The notes under the pieces were generated by a model that saw only the letters and a program-made list of their open reading frames with translations, had not been told where the DNA came from and did not search any database. A stretch of DNA of 64,000 nt, taken from the NCBI GenBank assembly GCA_964035545.1, contig OZ037766.1, forward strand, positions 10,282,722 to 10,346,721, given 5' to 3'. The DNA comes from Bugula neritina. Taxonomy: Eukaryota; Animalia; Bryozoa. Both the position numbers and the translations under genes were made by a program. This document shows positions 27,601 through 42,875 of this stretch, piece by piece (position 1 is the first letter of the stretch; the number at the start of each line of letters is the position of its first letter).

Positions 27601-30600
27601 GTGAGATTTACTGACGATGTGTTTTAGAATATAGCAAGGCGGCGATGTAGATGAGTTTAGTTGTTAGTAGGTGATGGGTGGTTGCCTTTTCACACAGTCT
27701 TACAACAAATAGTAACTTGAACTGATTCACAATGCATTTTTTTTCAGCAACAGATTCAATGCCAATTGTAATTTTAATAGCCGAGTACATTAATTTAGTT
27801 GTGGTATAATTTTATGTGTATTAGAGGTACTCTTATCCTGTAATAAGGAATGGGTAAATGTTGAACTTGTTTCCCAACCTTGTCGGTTTACTGTTTACTG
27901 TTTACTGTTTGCCTAGACTGTTCAAATTAGTGTCTACGTTGAAAGGGGAGGGTTTGGGACATTTTAGTTTTCACCTGTAATTTTCGCTTCTGTCATACAG
28001 CCATCTAGCAAACTCAAATCGTTGGTAACAGTAACAGCCTCTTGGTTGAACAATAACAATAATATGTCTCCTTAGTTTTAAATAGGGAACCTTTTCTTGC
28101 ACCAAATATTTGAGATTAGCCTTTGACTTTATTCAGTCACATGAAGTTCAGAAGCAATACAGCTTACATGGAAAGAAAACCCCAAGTTAGAAGTTTTTCA
28201 TTTTTGTGGAGTTCATCTTTTTAATATTGTGTAAACTCTAAAGTGATATTAAGTTAATACAGTCAAAGCTTTTTTCTATAATTTGTAAGAAATATGTTAT
28301 AACTTTTTAAAATATAAAACTCAAAATACTAAAAGTTGCTAATAGCTGAATGTTTTGCTTATCCAAGAAGATACAAGAGGAAGTTGAAAACTTGAATATA
28401 TTTTAGCTATTGGATACTCAAATCAAAAATCATTTATTTTATTAGCTTTCTTTTTAGCCTACCACGCCTTTTTAGTAGATCATACGTCATAGGCAAGTCT
28501 CTATTCTCAAGATTGTTGAATAAACTGCCAATAATAATTTATATATATTGCTTATTGCACCGATTGTTAGATTTTAATATCATTTGTTTCTATTTCTTTT
28601 AGAAGTGAAGGTTTTAAATTATTACCTCAAGTGCCAACCACAGGAAAACTATTTCTATGAGGTATGAGTTGTAATACCACAACACATTGTTTCTCTAAAG
28701 TCTAGACAATGCCACATAATATTTTGTTTTATCAATTTGTGTGAGTGCTAAAGGAAATACAAATGGAAGTTGAGATTTTTTAGTACTGTGCCTAAGATAG
28801 TATAATATGATCTTTGATTCAGTTGATACAATGGTTCCTCAATGACCTTTATTCTTGCTTAGTTTCTAAAAGCTTGTTGTAGCACATAGCATATAATATG
28901 CACCATAGGAAAATAGTGTCTGTCCATTGTTTTCTATGTTCCACTTTTTCTCTTCTGTGCTATTGAGTCCACCTCTCCTTAAACAATTTAGTATTACTCA
29001 ACATGAAATTAACACCATTTTTAGTCTATTTTATTTTTTATTAAATCATGAAATATTTGCATATTGCAATTTTTATAAATGTCAATTGTTTTGGGGAACT
29101 TTTAAAATCTCTGAAACACAGACCTGGTATGTTACTCCTATCTCGAACACATTACAATAGCAATGGCAACAAATTTGTAGTAATCTGATGGATTATATAA
29201 TTTTAGCCCATAGTTACACTGCAAGAGCACTTGGGTCATGTACAAGCATACATTGACGAGATCGCTGAAGCTTCTGGCAAACTTGGCTCCAGAGTAAGCA
29301 TTTTACCTGCGTACTACCTGCGTAAGATTACTTTAAAGGAAGTTTTAATAGGTTTAGGTATATATGTAATTTTCCTGTTATGCTGAATTGTTACACATAC
29401 AACCTATGAAAAAAACAAGCCTCTATTTAATAAGTAAATGGGTTGTATTTTCAAGTATAACATATTTTGTTATCTATTGAAACAAACCAATATTACTTTT
29501 AACAGCTTACTAACTCGCCATTTGCTAATGTGTATATTGTAGCAGCTTGTTTTTGTATGTTTATCAATTTTGTTACTATTTGAAGCAAGAACAGACGTGT
29601 TCTTTTGACCTTGTATATCTCTTGACAGCTACTGCTGCTACTTTATCTAAACACTGCTGCTTCATTCATATTTGCTGTTGCCAGTTCGTAACAGCCAGCC
29701 AGTAAATTGTGTTAACTGAGAAAGAATTTGTTGAAGCTGTGTAAACAATTCAAGCATTTTCCATCTAATATAGGAAAATTTTTGTAAAATACTCTTGTAA
29801 CACGTCATACGGAAGTAGAATTGCGTATAATGTTATTACTGTACTTAGCATTGCTGTGGTAAGTGCTAAACTAATGACTACTGCCACATGTTATGTTGCT
29901 GGCATTACATTATATCAACTAGATAGTTAGAATTGGAGTTGTCTTCAAATCATTGATAAACACCTAATTCAGCCATTACACGCTTTTAATACACATTATC
30001 CAACATTGATATACATAAACATAGTGTGATGGGACATTGCTCACTGCATTTACTAGATGTGTGTTACCAGTTGCTTAATTTTAGGTTTCAACAAATTTGA
30101 CAATGGCCCAGAACGATGTTCGTAGACTGATGACCAATGTGTTGACAATGTCTTCTTTTACCGAGTGTACCTATTCACACACCCATTACATGGCTGCTAT
30201 TCACAGTATATGCAATACCTGTGTGTAAGTTTTCCATTCTAATGTAGCTACTTTTCTTTTAAGTTGTCTCTTCAGTTGTTATATTATGCAAGAGATATCC
30301 AAATGTCTACAATCTGAACTCTCAACTGTTACCAGGGTTGGCGAGACTACATTGCTAGGAAGCTACTTCTTTTCCGGACTTATTCTGATCATACTTGTTT
30401 TTCTTATGCTTACGGCTGCGCAGCTGATCAACAACAGGTTAGTGTTACTATGAATCTTCTATTGCAATGCACATATTTTGCAGTGAAAAATCGCACTAAC
30501 GAAGTTTGTCGTGCCACTTTGTGATAACCAGTAGACATTTAACAGCTATAGACTTGGTAAACAGGTTTTGAACTTGTAGACTGATGATTTGCACAACAGT

Positions 30601-33600
30601 AAATTATTGGATTTTTTATTTTTCAGTAAGTTTTGGAGTGAAATAATTAATATTGTTTTCATTGTTTGCAAAGCGGATAAAAATGTCAGTTTATTCTTGA
30701 CTAAAATCAGTGCAATTCTATTAGATTTTTGGATAATAAATGAATAAAAGCAAACCAATGCAAAAAACTGTTATGAAATGTATGCAAATAGCTAAAGACA
30801 GGGGACAGGTGCAGTTTAAAGGTGTTCACTTGAGCCATAGTTTTAAATAAACTTTAATAATCATTCTAAAGCTGAAGTTTTGAGCTGAAAAAGGGCCGAA
30901 ATATTTTTTGAAATATCTCCGCTCTATCTAGCAGGACTTCATTACACAATATAAAGTTACGGTTACAATCATGATATATAACACTTGCAGTGAGTACCCC
31001 AGTTAATACTTTTAATAAATGTTACGTAAAGTAATAGTTAACAACTATGGAATTGGTAAAATCAATATTACACACTTTTGCCTCTGAGTAATACTACTGC
31101 TATTATTTACTAGTACTGTACTTAGTACTACCATTTTAAATTTAGTTAGCATAAATATTGATTCTGTAGTATAACACTAATTTACCAACTTAGTTATTGT
31201 TAAAACTGAGAAACCTAGTTAAGGCAAGTAGATGTATTTCTCACTATATAAATTAGTTCAACTCAAACACTCCAAGTCGAAGAGACTGACTGAAATTCAG
31301 AGCAGCTTCCAGTAATGAATATCAAAATGAATTCAAATTTCATATCAATATTATATCATCAACCAAGAAATATAATAAAGACGCCAAAGTAAAGCTTGCA
31401 TATATTTATATATATTTTTACTCACTTAACTTTGCTTTTAAAAGCTTTAGCATGCATGTTATCTATTTTGAATTTGATTGCCACCTAGAAGTTAGAATGA
31501 AGTCAAATTTTGGGTTTAATTATTTGAGTATTTTTACTTTGGCCATTGGGCGCATGTACTGAAGAACTTGTGTAATTTCGCTCTAAGTTGCAAGTAGAAT
31601 GTTGACTTTAAAGTTGCTGCTAAAGCACAACTAATTTGAACAACAATTCAATTATTTTAAATGTTGCTATTATTTAAAATACCTTCACTTCTGGTTAAGT
31701 AACTCCAACCAATTGTTAATATTGAAAGTCTTGGAAACTTGATAGTAAATGTTTACTATGGTCTATCAAACTTTATGTTGAAGAAGATTGCAGCAAGAAT
31801 AAGTTGTCATACTAATGTTTGGTTCTAAAACCGCTGATAACAGTGACATTCAGGGCGGTGGTTGATACGTGGTGCTGTCAATTTGATTAATTTTGACTAG
31901 AATACAAATTCCAAAGTATAATATGTTTTGCAAGGATTGATATTGAAAATTTCAATTGTCTTTTTTTAACTTTCCTATAATCAAGTTGGGTTACTAGCCA
32001 CATACAGTATATATAATCAAGAACAAAGCGATTGTTGAACGTGAGATGGTATGTAATGATAGCCATAACTAAGTTTTTAATGATTTTACAGTATCAAAAA
32101 CGATTGAAGCTGTTGTTTCATATTTTATGTTTATTATAAAAGCTAATACGTATAAACATTGGAGAAAGTCAAGTCACCCAATAACATACAGTATATTCAT
32201 AACTTTTTGACTAAACTCCCTTATTCTGTGGTGCAAAAAGACAGCATATTGTTTAGTTTCACACTTACTTTTATATATCTGAATCAGGTACAATTGTTGA
32301 TAACTATCATCCATGTCATCAATCTATTATCGTGCTTCTGTCAAACATTGTAGAGCTGACTAAATGAAAATATGTGCTGCAGCAATATCGAGCTTATGGG
32401 GGAACAGATTAACTATAACTATCCGTTGTATAATAGCATGTTTAGATTTCAAAGACTTGCTGAAGCATACACTACTATAACAAATTATATACTAAAACTT
32501 AGATGGTTGCATGGCTGTCACAGCATTTTTAAACTCGTGAATATTTTGGTGCTAATGTTTTAAAGCAAAGTGAACATTGGACAGAACTAGAAATGGTAAA
32601 CTTGTTAGCAAAACTATGTCAATCTACTGCTGTATAATTTTATAATATATTTAGAAATATTTTATGGATCGTAGGCAGCTTTTCTAATCCTATTAATACT
32701 AACCTAGATGAGATTTTTTTACTAGATGGCAATCAACATGTTTTTTGATCATATTTTTACTCTTTATACGCCGGAATGCAATGCACAGCACAATCATGTT
32801 TATGCTTTTTAACTTAGCATCACTTTATTTAACTTTTCAAAATATTTACAAAATATAGGAATATGAAGAAGGAACAAATCGGTTTTACTTGCAATTGAAT
32901 TGAAAATATTTTTCACTAACTTACAATTTTATGAATGGCCACCCATCATTAGAGGCATAAGTCACATTAACTAACTTAGTTGATGCAAATATTCTGGGTG
33001 CTCTTCATTAGCAGGAGCCAGCACATTAACCAAAGTAGATTCACCTGGTGCTCTAACTATAGTAGTGGTTAATTGAAAAATAATTATCAAAATAATAAAT
33101 AAGTTAATTTTAGGACATCTATTTGTTTCTATGCAAACTGTATTTAAAAGAATTAGCAACAGCTACTTAAACATTTGTTTTGTCACACAATTCCAAGGTT
33201 TATTCTGGTGATACAACTCTACCACTTTACCATGTTGCATTCTAAATAATATTTTTATAAAAACAAAAAGGAATACAACAATTTAAAGTAGTCAATTGGT
33301 TTTTAAAGTTATTACCAAATAACGTGATATTTCAGTTTCATGAATATTACTGAACCTACCCTGTGCCACAAAATGTTTGGAAAAAACCGTCCTCAGTTTA
33401 TTCATCTTTATATATAAATCAACTCTAAGTAGATATTTCAAGTCGAAGAATCATGTCAGAAAAAAATATATAAACAGTTAATGTTTTGCTATATATTTTA
33501 ATTTTTGAATAACTTGGGTAGAACTCCAAGTGGCTAGTAGCAAACAACATGTGATTAGCCTAAACATGTTGTAATAACTCAGCAGCCCCATTGCGATCTC

Positions 33601-36242
33601 TCATCTTGTTTAGTCGTATTACATAATCATTCAAATCAATCGGGTTTTTATCAGACTTGCACAATTCAGATGTTGAAATAAAATTTAGATGGATGATTGT
33701 TAAATATATTACAGTAGATAATAGCTGTTAATAGAGATTTTATCCATTTCGTGTTTCCCTGTCATGACAAGCTAAATACTGAAGAGTAGCACAGTCCTAG
33801 TTAGCAGGCATAGTTGCTAGCTAGTAGTAATCTTCTCCTGAACTTATTTGTGCATGCTGTAGAAAGATTCATTCTCATTCAGCTCCTGTGGTAACACAGC
33901 CAAGGTATATTTTTATGTGTTATCTGAGAATGAAATTACCATTACCTGGCATCATTATCATTTTTAAACTTTTTAAGTAACAGTGACTGCCTACAAAGGC
34001 AACTACGCTTAACTTATTAGTCATTAAAGACCTCCCAGCATGGTATAGACTTGAATGTGCATGACCATCTCAGTTGAATGCAGTGCTTTACCAAAGTGTT
34101 TATGTTGGTTGTGCTAATGTTGGTGGTCTGCATATGATGGTAATGAGGGAAAGCATATCCAAAAAGTGTAGTCATGTAAATTGACAAGGTGATTGCTAAC
34201 CATTTCAATAGTTAAAGTTCTGGAAATAGTTTCTTGTAAGCCTGTCAATGCATGCTGCTCTTTAGTGTGATTATAGTGGATCTAACTCGAGCTTTTTAGC
34301 GCAATGCATGGAGTGACCTGTAGTTTAATATATGTAATAGCATGTGTTACATTAGGCTTCATGCACTGCTTTAATTACAGCATGCCTTATTTTAATACAA
34401 GTAATTTTTACATTTTCTAATTAATTGAGTTTTGCATAATTTCATCACTGTTTTGTTTACAAAATTAGTGTTTTTTTCTACATTTTGACTAAATCACTGT
34501 ATATTTTATTCTCGTTTAGTGCTACACAACTAGTTTAAGTTCTATTTAACTTTGACTCCATGTTCATTTAACTTATCACAACTTCACTTCAATCAAATCT
34601 CTTGTTTTATAGGAGAGCCTATTTTGAAGTTGATTCACAAGACAATGACTATCAAAGTAGAGACCAGAACAACCGAAGTGACAATCCTCTGTACTATAGG
34701 TAACATAATAGCTCAACACTGAGTATCATTTTAACTGCCATTTACAAAATAACTTTGGGAAACGTACTTCAGTATACTATAAAGTAGTACATTTCAGTTA
34801 ATTTAAGTATTTAGCCATTGGTGTGTGTTTAACCCTGCGGTATATTTTCTACTTTAACTGTTCAACAAGATCCTGCCTAGTTATTTGTATATCAGACTTG
34901 CAAAATATTTTCACTTGTTGGCTTATCTATTATTCAATCTCAGTCTGACTGCATTCAGTTCTATCGGGAGGTTTCTTTAGTTCAAACATTTTCTATTACT
35001 TCAGTTTGGTAGTTGCCTCCTCGTGTGCAATATGTTGGCTACGTTTTTGTTAGTCGAAATCAAACTTTTATATTAAATTAATTACAGTACAGTTATAAAT
35101 TTTCTTTTATTTCATTAACTTATTATGTTTTTGTACATGTTCACAATTGCACATTGCGATATTTCAATACACATACTGCTCTGCTGGCTGTTTAAAGGAT
35201 AATTTTCGTTATTTAACACATGCTGATAGCACTAGTTGTATGAATTTGCTTCTTACTATAACTATATTAATTTGTTGATACTGAAATTTTATTAAGCTCA
35301 GATTGATCTGGCGGTTTTTTGACCAATTAGTCTCGAGGCAAACTAAGTTTAAACTCAGACCGACTAAATTCACATTTCAATATATTTGGAACTGCTGCAG
35401 TCAAACTGGATCAATATAGAAAAGCAGGCTTTTGCAGCCAGTACTTTTACCAGCTTTATATCAAGAGCTGCATTTATTACATTGTCACCTAACAATCCCA
35501 AATCAAGACTTACTTTTTAATTGCCTTCACTGTTAAACGTTTTCTAGCTTTCATCTCATCTTAATAGTTGGATCAACTGTAAAACAATGTAGTTTAACCA
35601 AATTATTTTGTCCTAGCTTTAAAGTAACTTATTTGTCTTTTGTTTTTGATATAAATTTGCTGTGCAAATGAAGAATTCTGGTGGATGTAACTTTATATGT
35701 TTTATTTTGCAGATTCTCTCAGATTTCAGCTGCAGATGATCATAGCAGGGCGGATGTTTCCTCGTCTCCCCAACCATCTGCTCCTACTAGAAGCTCCCCA
35801 CCACCAGCGGTATGCCTGATTCTCAGATTAAATCATAAAAAACTTATAAATTGTTTTTCCTAATTTCGTTCTACTTGTAAACATACAACAAACATAACAT
35901 AATATAATATATTATGCTGTGTTCAACATCTTATATGAAAGATGTGTGATATTCAGGTTAGTAAGTGGTTGCTTTCCCTTCACCATATTTGTTTAATTTT
36001 GTGTATATTTCATTTACTATATAACATGTTGTCTATGTACAAGATATATGCTAGATGTGTGATATTCATGTTGCTTGCTTCGGCTGTAGCATAAATGCTT
36101 AATTTTGTGTCTATTCCAGTACCAGCCCCACAAGGATTTCTATAGTACTTATGGTAACAACGGAACTATGGACAGCAACACTCGAGTACCTGTTGCTGCT
36201 AGCAACGATCTGAATCGTAACAGCAACACTTTCCGTACATAA
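21656..36242 (+). CDS. TTYH: Tweety-family (TTYH) membrane protein
   Basis: Exons: 21656-21793 (FFHSFPHYDLQFDPIDPKFDPESQPYLQ), 23047-23219 (TM1/2), 23832-23943 (FYSNE), 25959-26206 (..EYEKYR), 26530-26625, 27452-27600 (SDFCMDP), 28603-28661 (YYLKC), 29207-29293, 30085-30224, 30336-30437 (last TM), 34613-34699, 35713-35809, 36120-36242. A PPxY motif (PPPA|Y) forms across the last junction, as in TTYH tails. Confidence 0.9.
24004..24089. repeat. 22-bp minisatellite, about 4 copies
   Basis: The unit ct(a/t)gtcagtgtactatacacta is tandemly repeated. Confidence 0.9.
25738..25931 (-). mobile_element. Tc1/mariner-type MITE (family A, copy 2) in a tweety intron
   Basis: The reverse complement aligns along its length with 14082-14296 (e.g. 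gacatagtagaataccagatt, cctatacacacatgc, cctatggaatt). Ends are CAGTAC...GCACTG-TA. Confidence 0.8.
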
Positions 36243-38215
36243 GAATGCTGCCGTTGTATACTATTTAGATCTGCATCAATGCATTGATTAGAAAGGTGTC
36301 ATTTGTTGCCTTTTAGCTTTGGCAATCATAATAATGGTTATTTCGTATGTTGCACCCTATGCTTAACTAATAGAGGTAAATCTACTGTAGTACTTCATTG
36401 CAGTTTTATATTACTAATTAAATTTTCATTTCCTTCCCGACTTATGCCCTCTAGTTTTTGTAACTGTCCTTAAAAAATTCTCGCTTTATAATATGCAACT
36501 GCAGTTAAATTAATAAATTATGCACAGCTTTTAGTAATAGTGCACACATTCAGTGTTTTATTGACTGTTCATTACTTAGTTTTTCTAATTTTTGTATTCC
36601 AGTAGAAACTATGTTGTATTTTTAGCACTGCTATAATGTGTTACATTATATTCTATACGTTACATTTAAATTTGAATGTTTCAGAATTCAAGCATTAATT
36701 ACTCTGACCGTTTATACTTACTAAATAGTTTTGGCCTCAGTATACAGTAATTTTTACAATAAAATATGCCATTAGTTTATGTACCATATTTTAAATTATA
36801 ATATTTGACTTTTTTATATATATTTGGAACAATATTTGCTGTATAGCCATTAATAAAAAGTTGTAAAATATTGAAAATAAATTCATTTTTTGTTATTTAG
36901 TTTTAAATGAATTGCCAAACAATTTTCTTCAACACTTGTAATATAGCATCAATCTGCTGTTTTCTGCATCAGAGGCCAAGTAGAGCATCTTCAATAGCCA
37001 ATGTCATGTCGAAAACAGAATCAAAATAATTGTTTGAGTCAAGTGTTGAAATGTTGCCACAGTGATAACTAACTTTAGCAGATGAATAGTTCAGCTGATC
37101 TTTTCCTGAAATCAGCTTATCTTTATATATGATTTATTGGAATTGCCACATCAAGAAAACTGAAAACTAATGAAGTATTTGATGATCAATCAATTAGTTC
37201 AAATGAAACTGAGTCAATGAGTCTATAATATAGTTCAACTGATCATTTCTAATTTTAAGATCACAGATTTTGCTTAGTCAAATCTATTATATAAAATGTA
37301 CAATACATTAACCCGTATATTGAGGCATTTTAGCGAATTATATTTGTTGAAAACATTCGCTGACCCTAAACAACACAATAAAACTTATACACAGTATTTT
37401 ATTGAATACTGGAAGATAGAACATTCAAGAACAAATCTCACAAACAACTAGCTTCTGATAAAGACATAAAAGAAATGCAATTGTAACAAGTAACGTTAGC
37501 TAGCAATGAGAAAATGCCTCTATATGTGAGTAATTTGTGGAAGAACGAGTTAAATTGTTTTGGATAACTAAACCTCTAACTATTCTTTGATGAACGACAA
37601 TGTTAATGAAATTCTGGTATAAACATAAGCATATATAATTCCAATAGGCAAGAATCTTACAAAATACAAATAACTACAGAAAACACATCTATGCCAAACT
37701 TGGCAAGTGAGAACACATGAGCAATAATTCCTCTTGGTATTGCAGTTAACCAACAAAAGGATGGAGATGATTTAAAATCAGCTGAATTGAAGAATGGTAT
37801 AAATATTGTGCTAACATTCACTAAAATATTGCCATGAAATTCTTTATATGATTTAAAGACTGTTTCAAATAGGCAGAAAACATGATATGCGCTTATCACA
37901 GCTCAGCATTATAAATACAGAGTGATTCATTAATTGGAAAAAATTCTGAGTAAATAAAATAAATACAAACTTCAACAAGTGTTAGTAAAACAGTTTATAT
38001 ATTTCTACTACTACTGTTAGTGCAAACATTTTCTATTATTAAATCCTATGACAAAACCATAACAATATTACTCTCAATAAATAACTCCTGTAAAATAATT
38101 ACCTAAGAATTACATAATTGTCTCTATTTGGAAATGCATTTTCTCTTAAAAATATTCAAGAGACACAGAAGCATGTTGGTGCTTCACCAATGAAGCTAGA
38201 TAAACTCCACCCATC

Positions 38216-41200
38216 CTAGATAAACTCCACCCCCTCATACTTATAATTACCAGGAAGTTGCACTTCTGGCATTATTAAATTTCCTGAAATATCTAAAACC
38301 ATAATATAAGAAGCAGTTTTACCGTCATCTTCTTCTGATTTCAAAGCTAGAATATATTTATCATTCATGCCAGGTATGAATTTAAAACTAGAAAATCCAT
38401 GAGTTAGACTCGATGGTCCAAATGGTTTGACCACCGTAATTTTGTCAAACATTTCATCACAAACTATGAGGGTATTGGCTGCTCTTCTTTCATCTAGTTT
38501 ATCATCATATTGCTCTGAACTCATTCGCCTGGGGAGGAAATACCACTTCTTATGAACGTTGCTCCAAACTCCAGACTCATGTATTACATAGCCTAAATAC
38601 ACCAAAGAAGTCAAGTAAAACTCGTGTAATCATAAATGGCACTGTTTACCGGTAATTAAAGTGCCGATGGCTGCATTAGTTACAAACTCATATTTCCTCT
38701 AAAGAAACCAATGACACTTACAATGACTGAAAGAGTATTATATACCATTGAATGAATAAAAAAATATCAAAACCTTTCCACACACTACTTAAAGTAGGGC
38801 TGTCTTGTTATATTTAAAATATCCAGAAATACCTTAGCTATTGGCCAAATACAAAATTTTTCAGGGTTGTGTGCTCACGGAACTTTGTGTACACATCACT
38901 TCAATTAATTCTCACCTGCTCATGCACCAGACTCAGTGCCATTAAAGAACTATTAACGCCAACTATAGTAACTTTTAATACATCAAGATTATTTAAAAGT
39001 TCAAAACACAGGCTAGGCATACTGTTGAGTTAGAAGACAAATATATCTGCTGATGTGATGAGTCAATATTGGTGCCTAGTGAAATATTGAACATTAGACA
39101 ATTAAAATAGCCTATTTCCAAATGGATGATATTAGTTTTTAACCAAAAATTGGGTAAATTTTGGTGAAATATTTATTGAAAACACAGTTATAATTTACTG
39201 TTGGGCAAGATATTTTAAGTTAATATAACAATCGGCTACTAGTAACTGCTACAAGCAAGCATAAACATGCTGAGGCATCAAATTCAAATTGATTATATAA
39301 TAATCAAATTTATTACTATTATTGCCATGACAACTGTTGCTAATTCTAATCACTTTGATGGTTCCATACAATAAGTAATATAACAGTAAAAATAGATGAC
39401 TTTAATTTTGATTTCAAGATCAAAGTGATAAACATAAATATTTATATTACACTAAGTGATAAAAATTACAGTTTTTATCATAATTGCTATATTTTTTGTT
39501 GAATAATCATTGTCCATATAATGGAAAATTCAATGTGAAAATTAGAAAAGATGCTCAAAGAAATAAAATTATATTTGCTCATTATATTTGCAGAAGTATC
39601 TTAACTAATTATCTTTTCTACTGAGCTGCAACGCCCAAACCAATGAATTGATTGAAGTCATACATGTCCAAAATTTACTAGTATAAAATCAAATGGTTTG
39701 GGTTTACAAATCTAAAGTTGCATCAAGTTGTAGCCAATATATTTATGTAAATTTTAATATTAAATAAATTTAATTAATCAGCCCTACTCGAAAAGTCTAC
39801 AGAATGTAGTTGAACCTCAAAAAAAATATCAGCTCATCTCAATAAACGAAGTAAAGATGAAAAAAGGAAATATTCTAGGAACTAAGTTCTAATAAATAGA
39901 AGTTCTAGCCAAAAGTTGCGTTTATACCTCTGCTGAAAAAAGTACCAAGTTACAGTTAATAACGCTTGTCTGGGTACCCCTTTATAGTCAAACTGAAAAT
40001 CGTTGAAATCATATTGATGCGGAAGCTTACTTTCTAAAAATGAAATCTGACTCGCCTAATCGCTATTTGATGCCCTTTTTAAACGTCGTGAATTAGTGAA
40101 GTTGACAGCATAAAAGCGATAATTGAAAAGGCGTAGGCGATATAATTATTAACATATAAGTACGTCATCTAATCACCAAAGTCATAACTAAACAACAATG
40201 TTTACAAGGAGTTATTACTCCTTTTGAGTATTATTCTGAAATTAAGTTTAAGTTATCACAATGGAACAATTTTTACAAGTGGCTCTTACAATGCATTGCA
40301 ACTCAGAGAAATTTCAACCCGGCCAAATTGAATTTCTGACTGAAAATCGTGAAGGTATAAACGCAACTTTAGAATAGAAGGCATTAAACATTTACCTGGA
40401 GAAGTGATACCTGCAGCTTGTTTCATATCTTCATACCTTTTATGCCAGTCAAGGTGCTGTACACTACCATCTGGTCCCACTTGCTTCACAAACAGAGGGT
40501 TTAAATTGAGCACCTGATCAACAGTAGACAAGTCAATTTGTACACAAATGTTACATATTTTTGACATAAAAACTGAAAAAGTTTGCTTTCACTATGTTTG
40601 AACTAGTAGAAAAATGTTTAGCATAAAACACTGAGGTTTAGAAACGGAGTTTATTCAATTTTTATTTCAACTGAAAAAACTTTATTGATAATAATATGCC
40701 GATTTCAACTAGTTGTGAATTTATGAGCTTGAAAACTAGATAACAATTTTGATAGTTGAAATATTTCTACTACTAGAGTTCCTAGTGACATGAATTCATC
40801 ACATGCACAAATTCAAAACATTGCTTATTAAAATAGTTATTACATCTAATGAGTAATATACGACATGACCATCACTAACGTTTCCTTTTGAATCGGTCCA
40901 TTCTTTGCCAAGACCTCCGATATACAAATAACCGTCCTTCACAGTTGCCCATTCACTTTTGAAACCTACAGCGTATGATAAATACATAACTAGAATAATT
41001 TGGCTGTAATGAACTAATAAAATGCATTAAGCTGTCAACACTATAAAAAGTTCCAATTTTTCAAAAATCTCACTCTCTAGCAAAGAGATGCTTTTACTTG
41101 CGAGTTTTTCTTAAATTACAAATTCCCATCAAGAAAAATTTCATCAAATATCTTGTTGCTCTTTGTTTGCAATAAAACGATAATTGTTGCTTGAAACATG

Positions 41201-41919
41201 TTTGACAACCAAATATTACCTTTTGATACATTTCCAGGACCATCTGATAGTATTACCCACGGGGCAACTACATTTTCCACTATTTTATACACAACCCCAG
41301 TTCTATCATCAACTGTAATTATATCTTCATTGTAAACAACAAGCTCCGACAACTCCATACCACGACCTCCTAAAATAAACCAAAAACTCGTAAAAGACAC
41401 ATTTTTTAAAATACTTTTCATCACCATTTCACTTTAAACCAGAAACCCACCTTGTGCAAGAGAGTTATACAGATCTATAGATTTGGAATCGAATTCTACT
41501 TTAAACTTGTTATCTTTGCCAGCAATAAGAAATCCTTTTAAGTAATGGCTCTGCCATAGACTGTTGTCCACTTTAGAGCCATGGTCTAAATCAGTGATGA
41601 CAGCTATTCTGAACTTCCTCCCATTTGCTGTTGTGATTGGGGCACTAAGAGGGTATTTGTCACTATATGAAGGTGGTTTCTTTAGAGGAATAACTTTTCT
41701 TTCACCTAAAGGAGCGCTATGCGTATATATAACTAGGCCAACGAAAACTACTGCAAACAATAGAAGACATATTTGGATGACATCTTTTGGACGAAGGTTA
41801 ATGGAAGAAGCTCCAACTCTGTAACGAGTGGGAGTAGAGATTGCACGCTGCCAGTCGTCCATTTCCTTACTATCTTGTAGCCTTGTTAATTCTTTAGAAG
41901 ATCCACGACTTACAATCAT
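38216..41919 (-). CDS. CANT1: Calcium-activated nucleotidase / apyrase (type II membrane)
   Basis: Exons (-): 41919-41451 ([12 protein letters not shown]), 41369-41220 ([25 protein letters not shown]), 40965-40880 ([14 protein letters not shown]), 40513-40396, 38592-38216 ([34 protein letters not shown]). These are hallmark CANT1 motifs. Confidence 0.96.
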
Positions 41920-42461
41920 GAGTGTAATTTACTGGAGAGTGGTTATGTTTCTAAAAGTACATCAATAACACTGCATAAAAAATATAACATTAAATTTCTA
42001 CTAAATAAAATATAGAGCAATTGGGCCTAGTCATCTTTTGCTGATAGGTATAAGCTGCTCCTCAGCCATTCACAGTTTTATTTGCTAGCAATATTGTTCC
42101 ATCAGCTCAACCCAATAACAACACCTAATATTAAATATAAATACTCTAGCATACTTTATGTAGCTGACCCAGTATGCTATGCCAATAACTTTCAGATTCA
42201 GAAGCAGGTTTCTATCAGCTTCTTTTATGCTTGCAGGCAAAAACTGAATAGGAAATACTTACATACACTGGTATAAATACAGAAATACAGTTCGATAGGA
42301 AAAAAGTAAATAAAATTATTAAGTGTATAAGGAATCGAGATGGAAGTCTATATAGAGTGTACTACTATAAAACAGTTCTTGAGTGGTAAAATATGATGGA
42401 TGCTAATATTGTGCCCAATTAAGTGTCAGCTTGGTTGATTGGGTCCCACAAATTAGACTTA

Positions 42462-42875
42462 GCCTAGGGCCACACTGTGCGTATTTTCGCACGCGAAAAT
42501 TGAAACCACAAGTAGCAAAGGTGTCCACTGTAGCATCAGTGAGATTGGAAAACTACTAGCTAATAATATTTGCGTTTAACTTTACTGCTCGCCTTGTTGC
42601 TATAACTACAAGTGCGGGATAAATGAAGTTTTCATTTTTAAATCGCACTCGCTTTCAATAAAACGCAATTTACTGAAATGTAGCACTAAAATAAAGAAAT
42701 TGGGCTCGCTAAATAACTACCAGCCAATTAGGTGACGACGACAGAGACGATTCGCACTTGCGTTCAGAATGCTGAGCGACAAGTGCGAATGTTTTCTCAA
42801 CGCATACAGTGGACACCTTTGCTACTTGTGGTTTCAATTTTCGCATGCGAAAATACGCACCGTGTGGCCCTAGGC
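42462..42875. mobile_element. PIF/Harbinger (Tourist-like) MITE, 414 bp
   Basis: 71-bp TIRs (42462-42532 / 42805-42875) with 2 mismatches start GCCTAGGGCCACAC. A 3-bp TTA duplication lies at 42459-61 and 42876-78. The interior is non-coding. Confidence 0.9.

Noticed and set aside
30815-30930. TTAAAG-starting segments suggestive of Kolobok-like MITE ends (similar remnants near 24880, 38790 and 39950-40170)
   Set aside because: I could not pair termini or define TSDs by eye; too degenerate to call.
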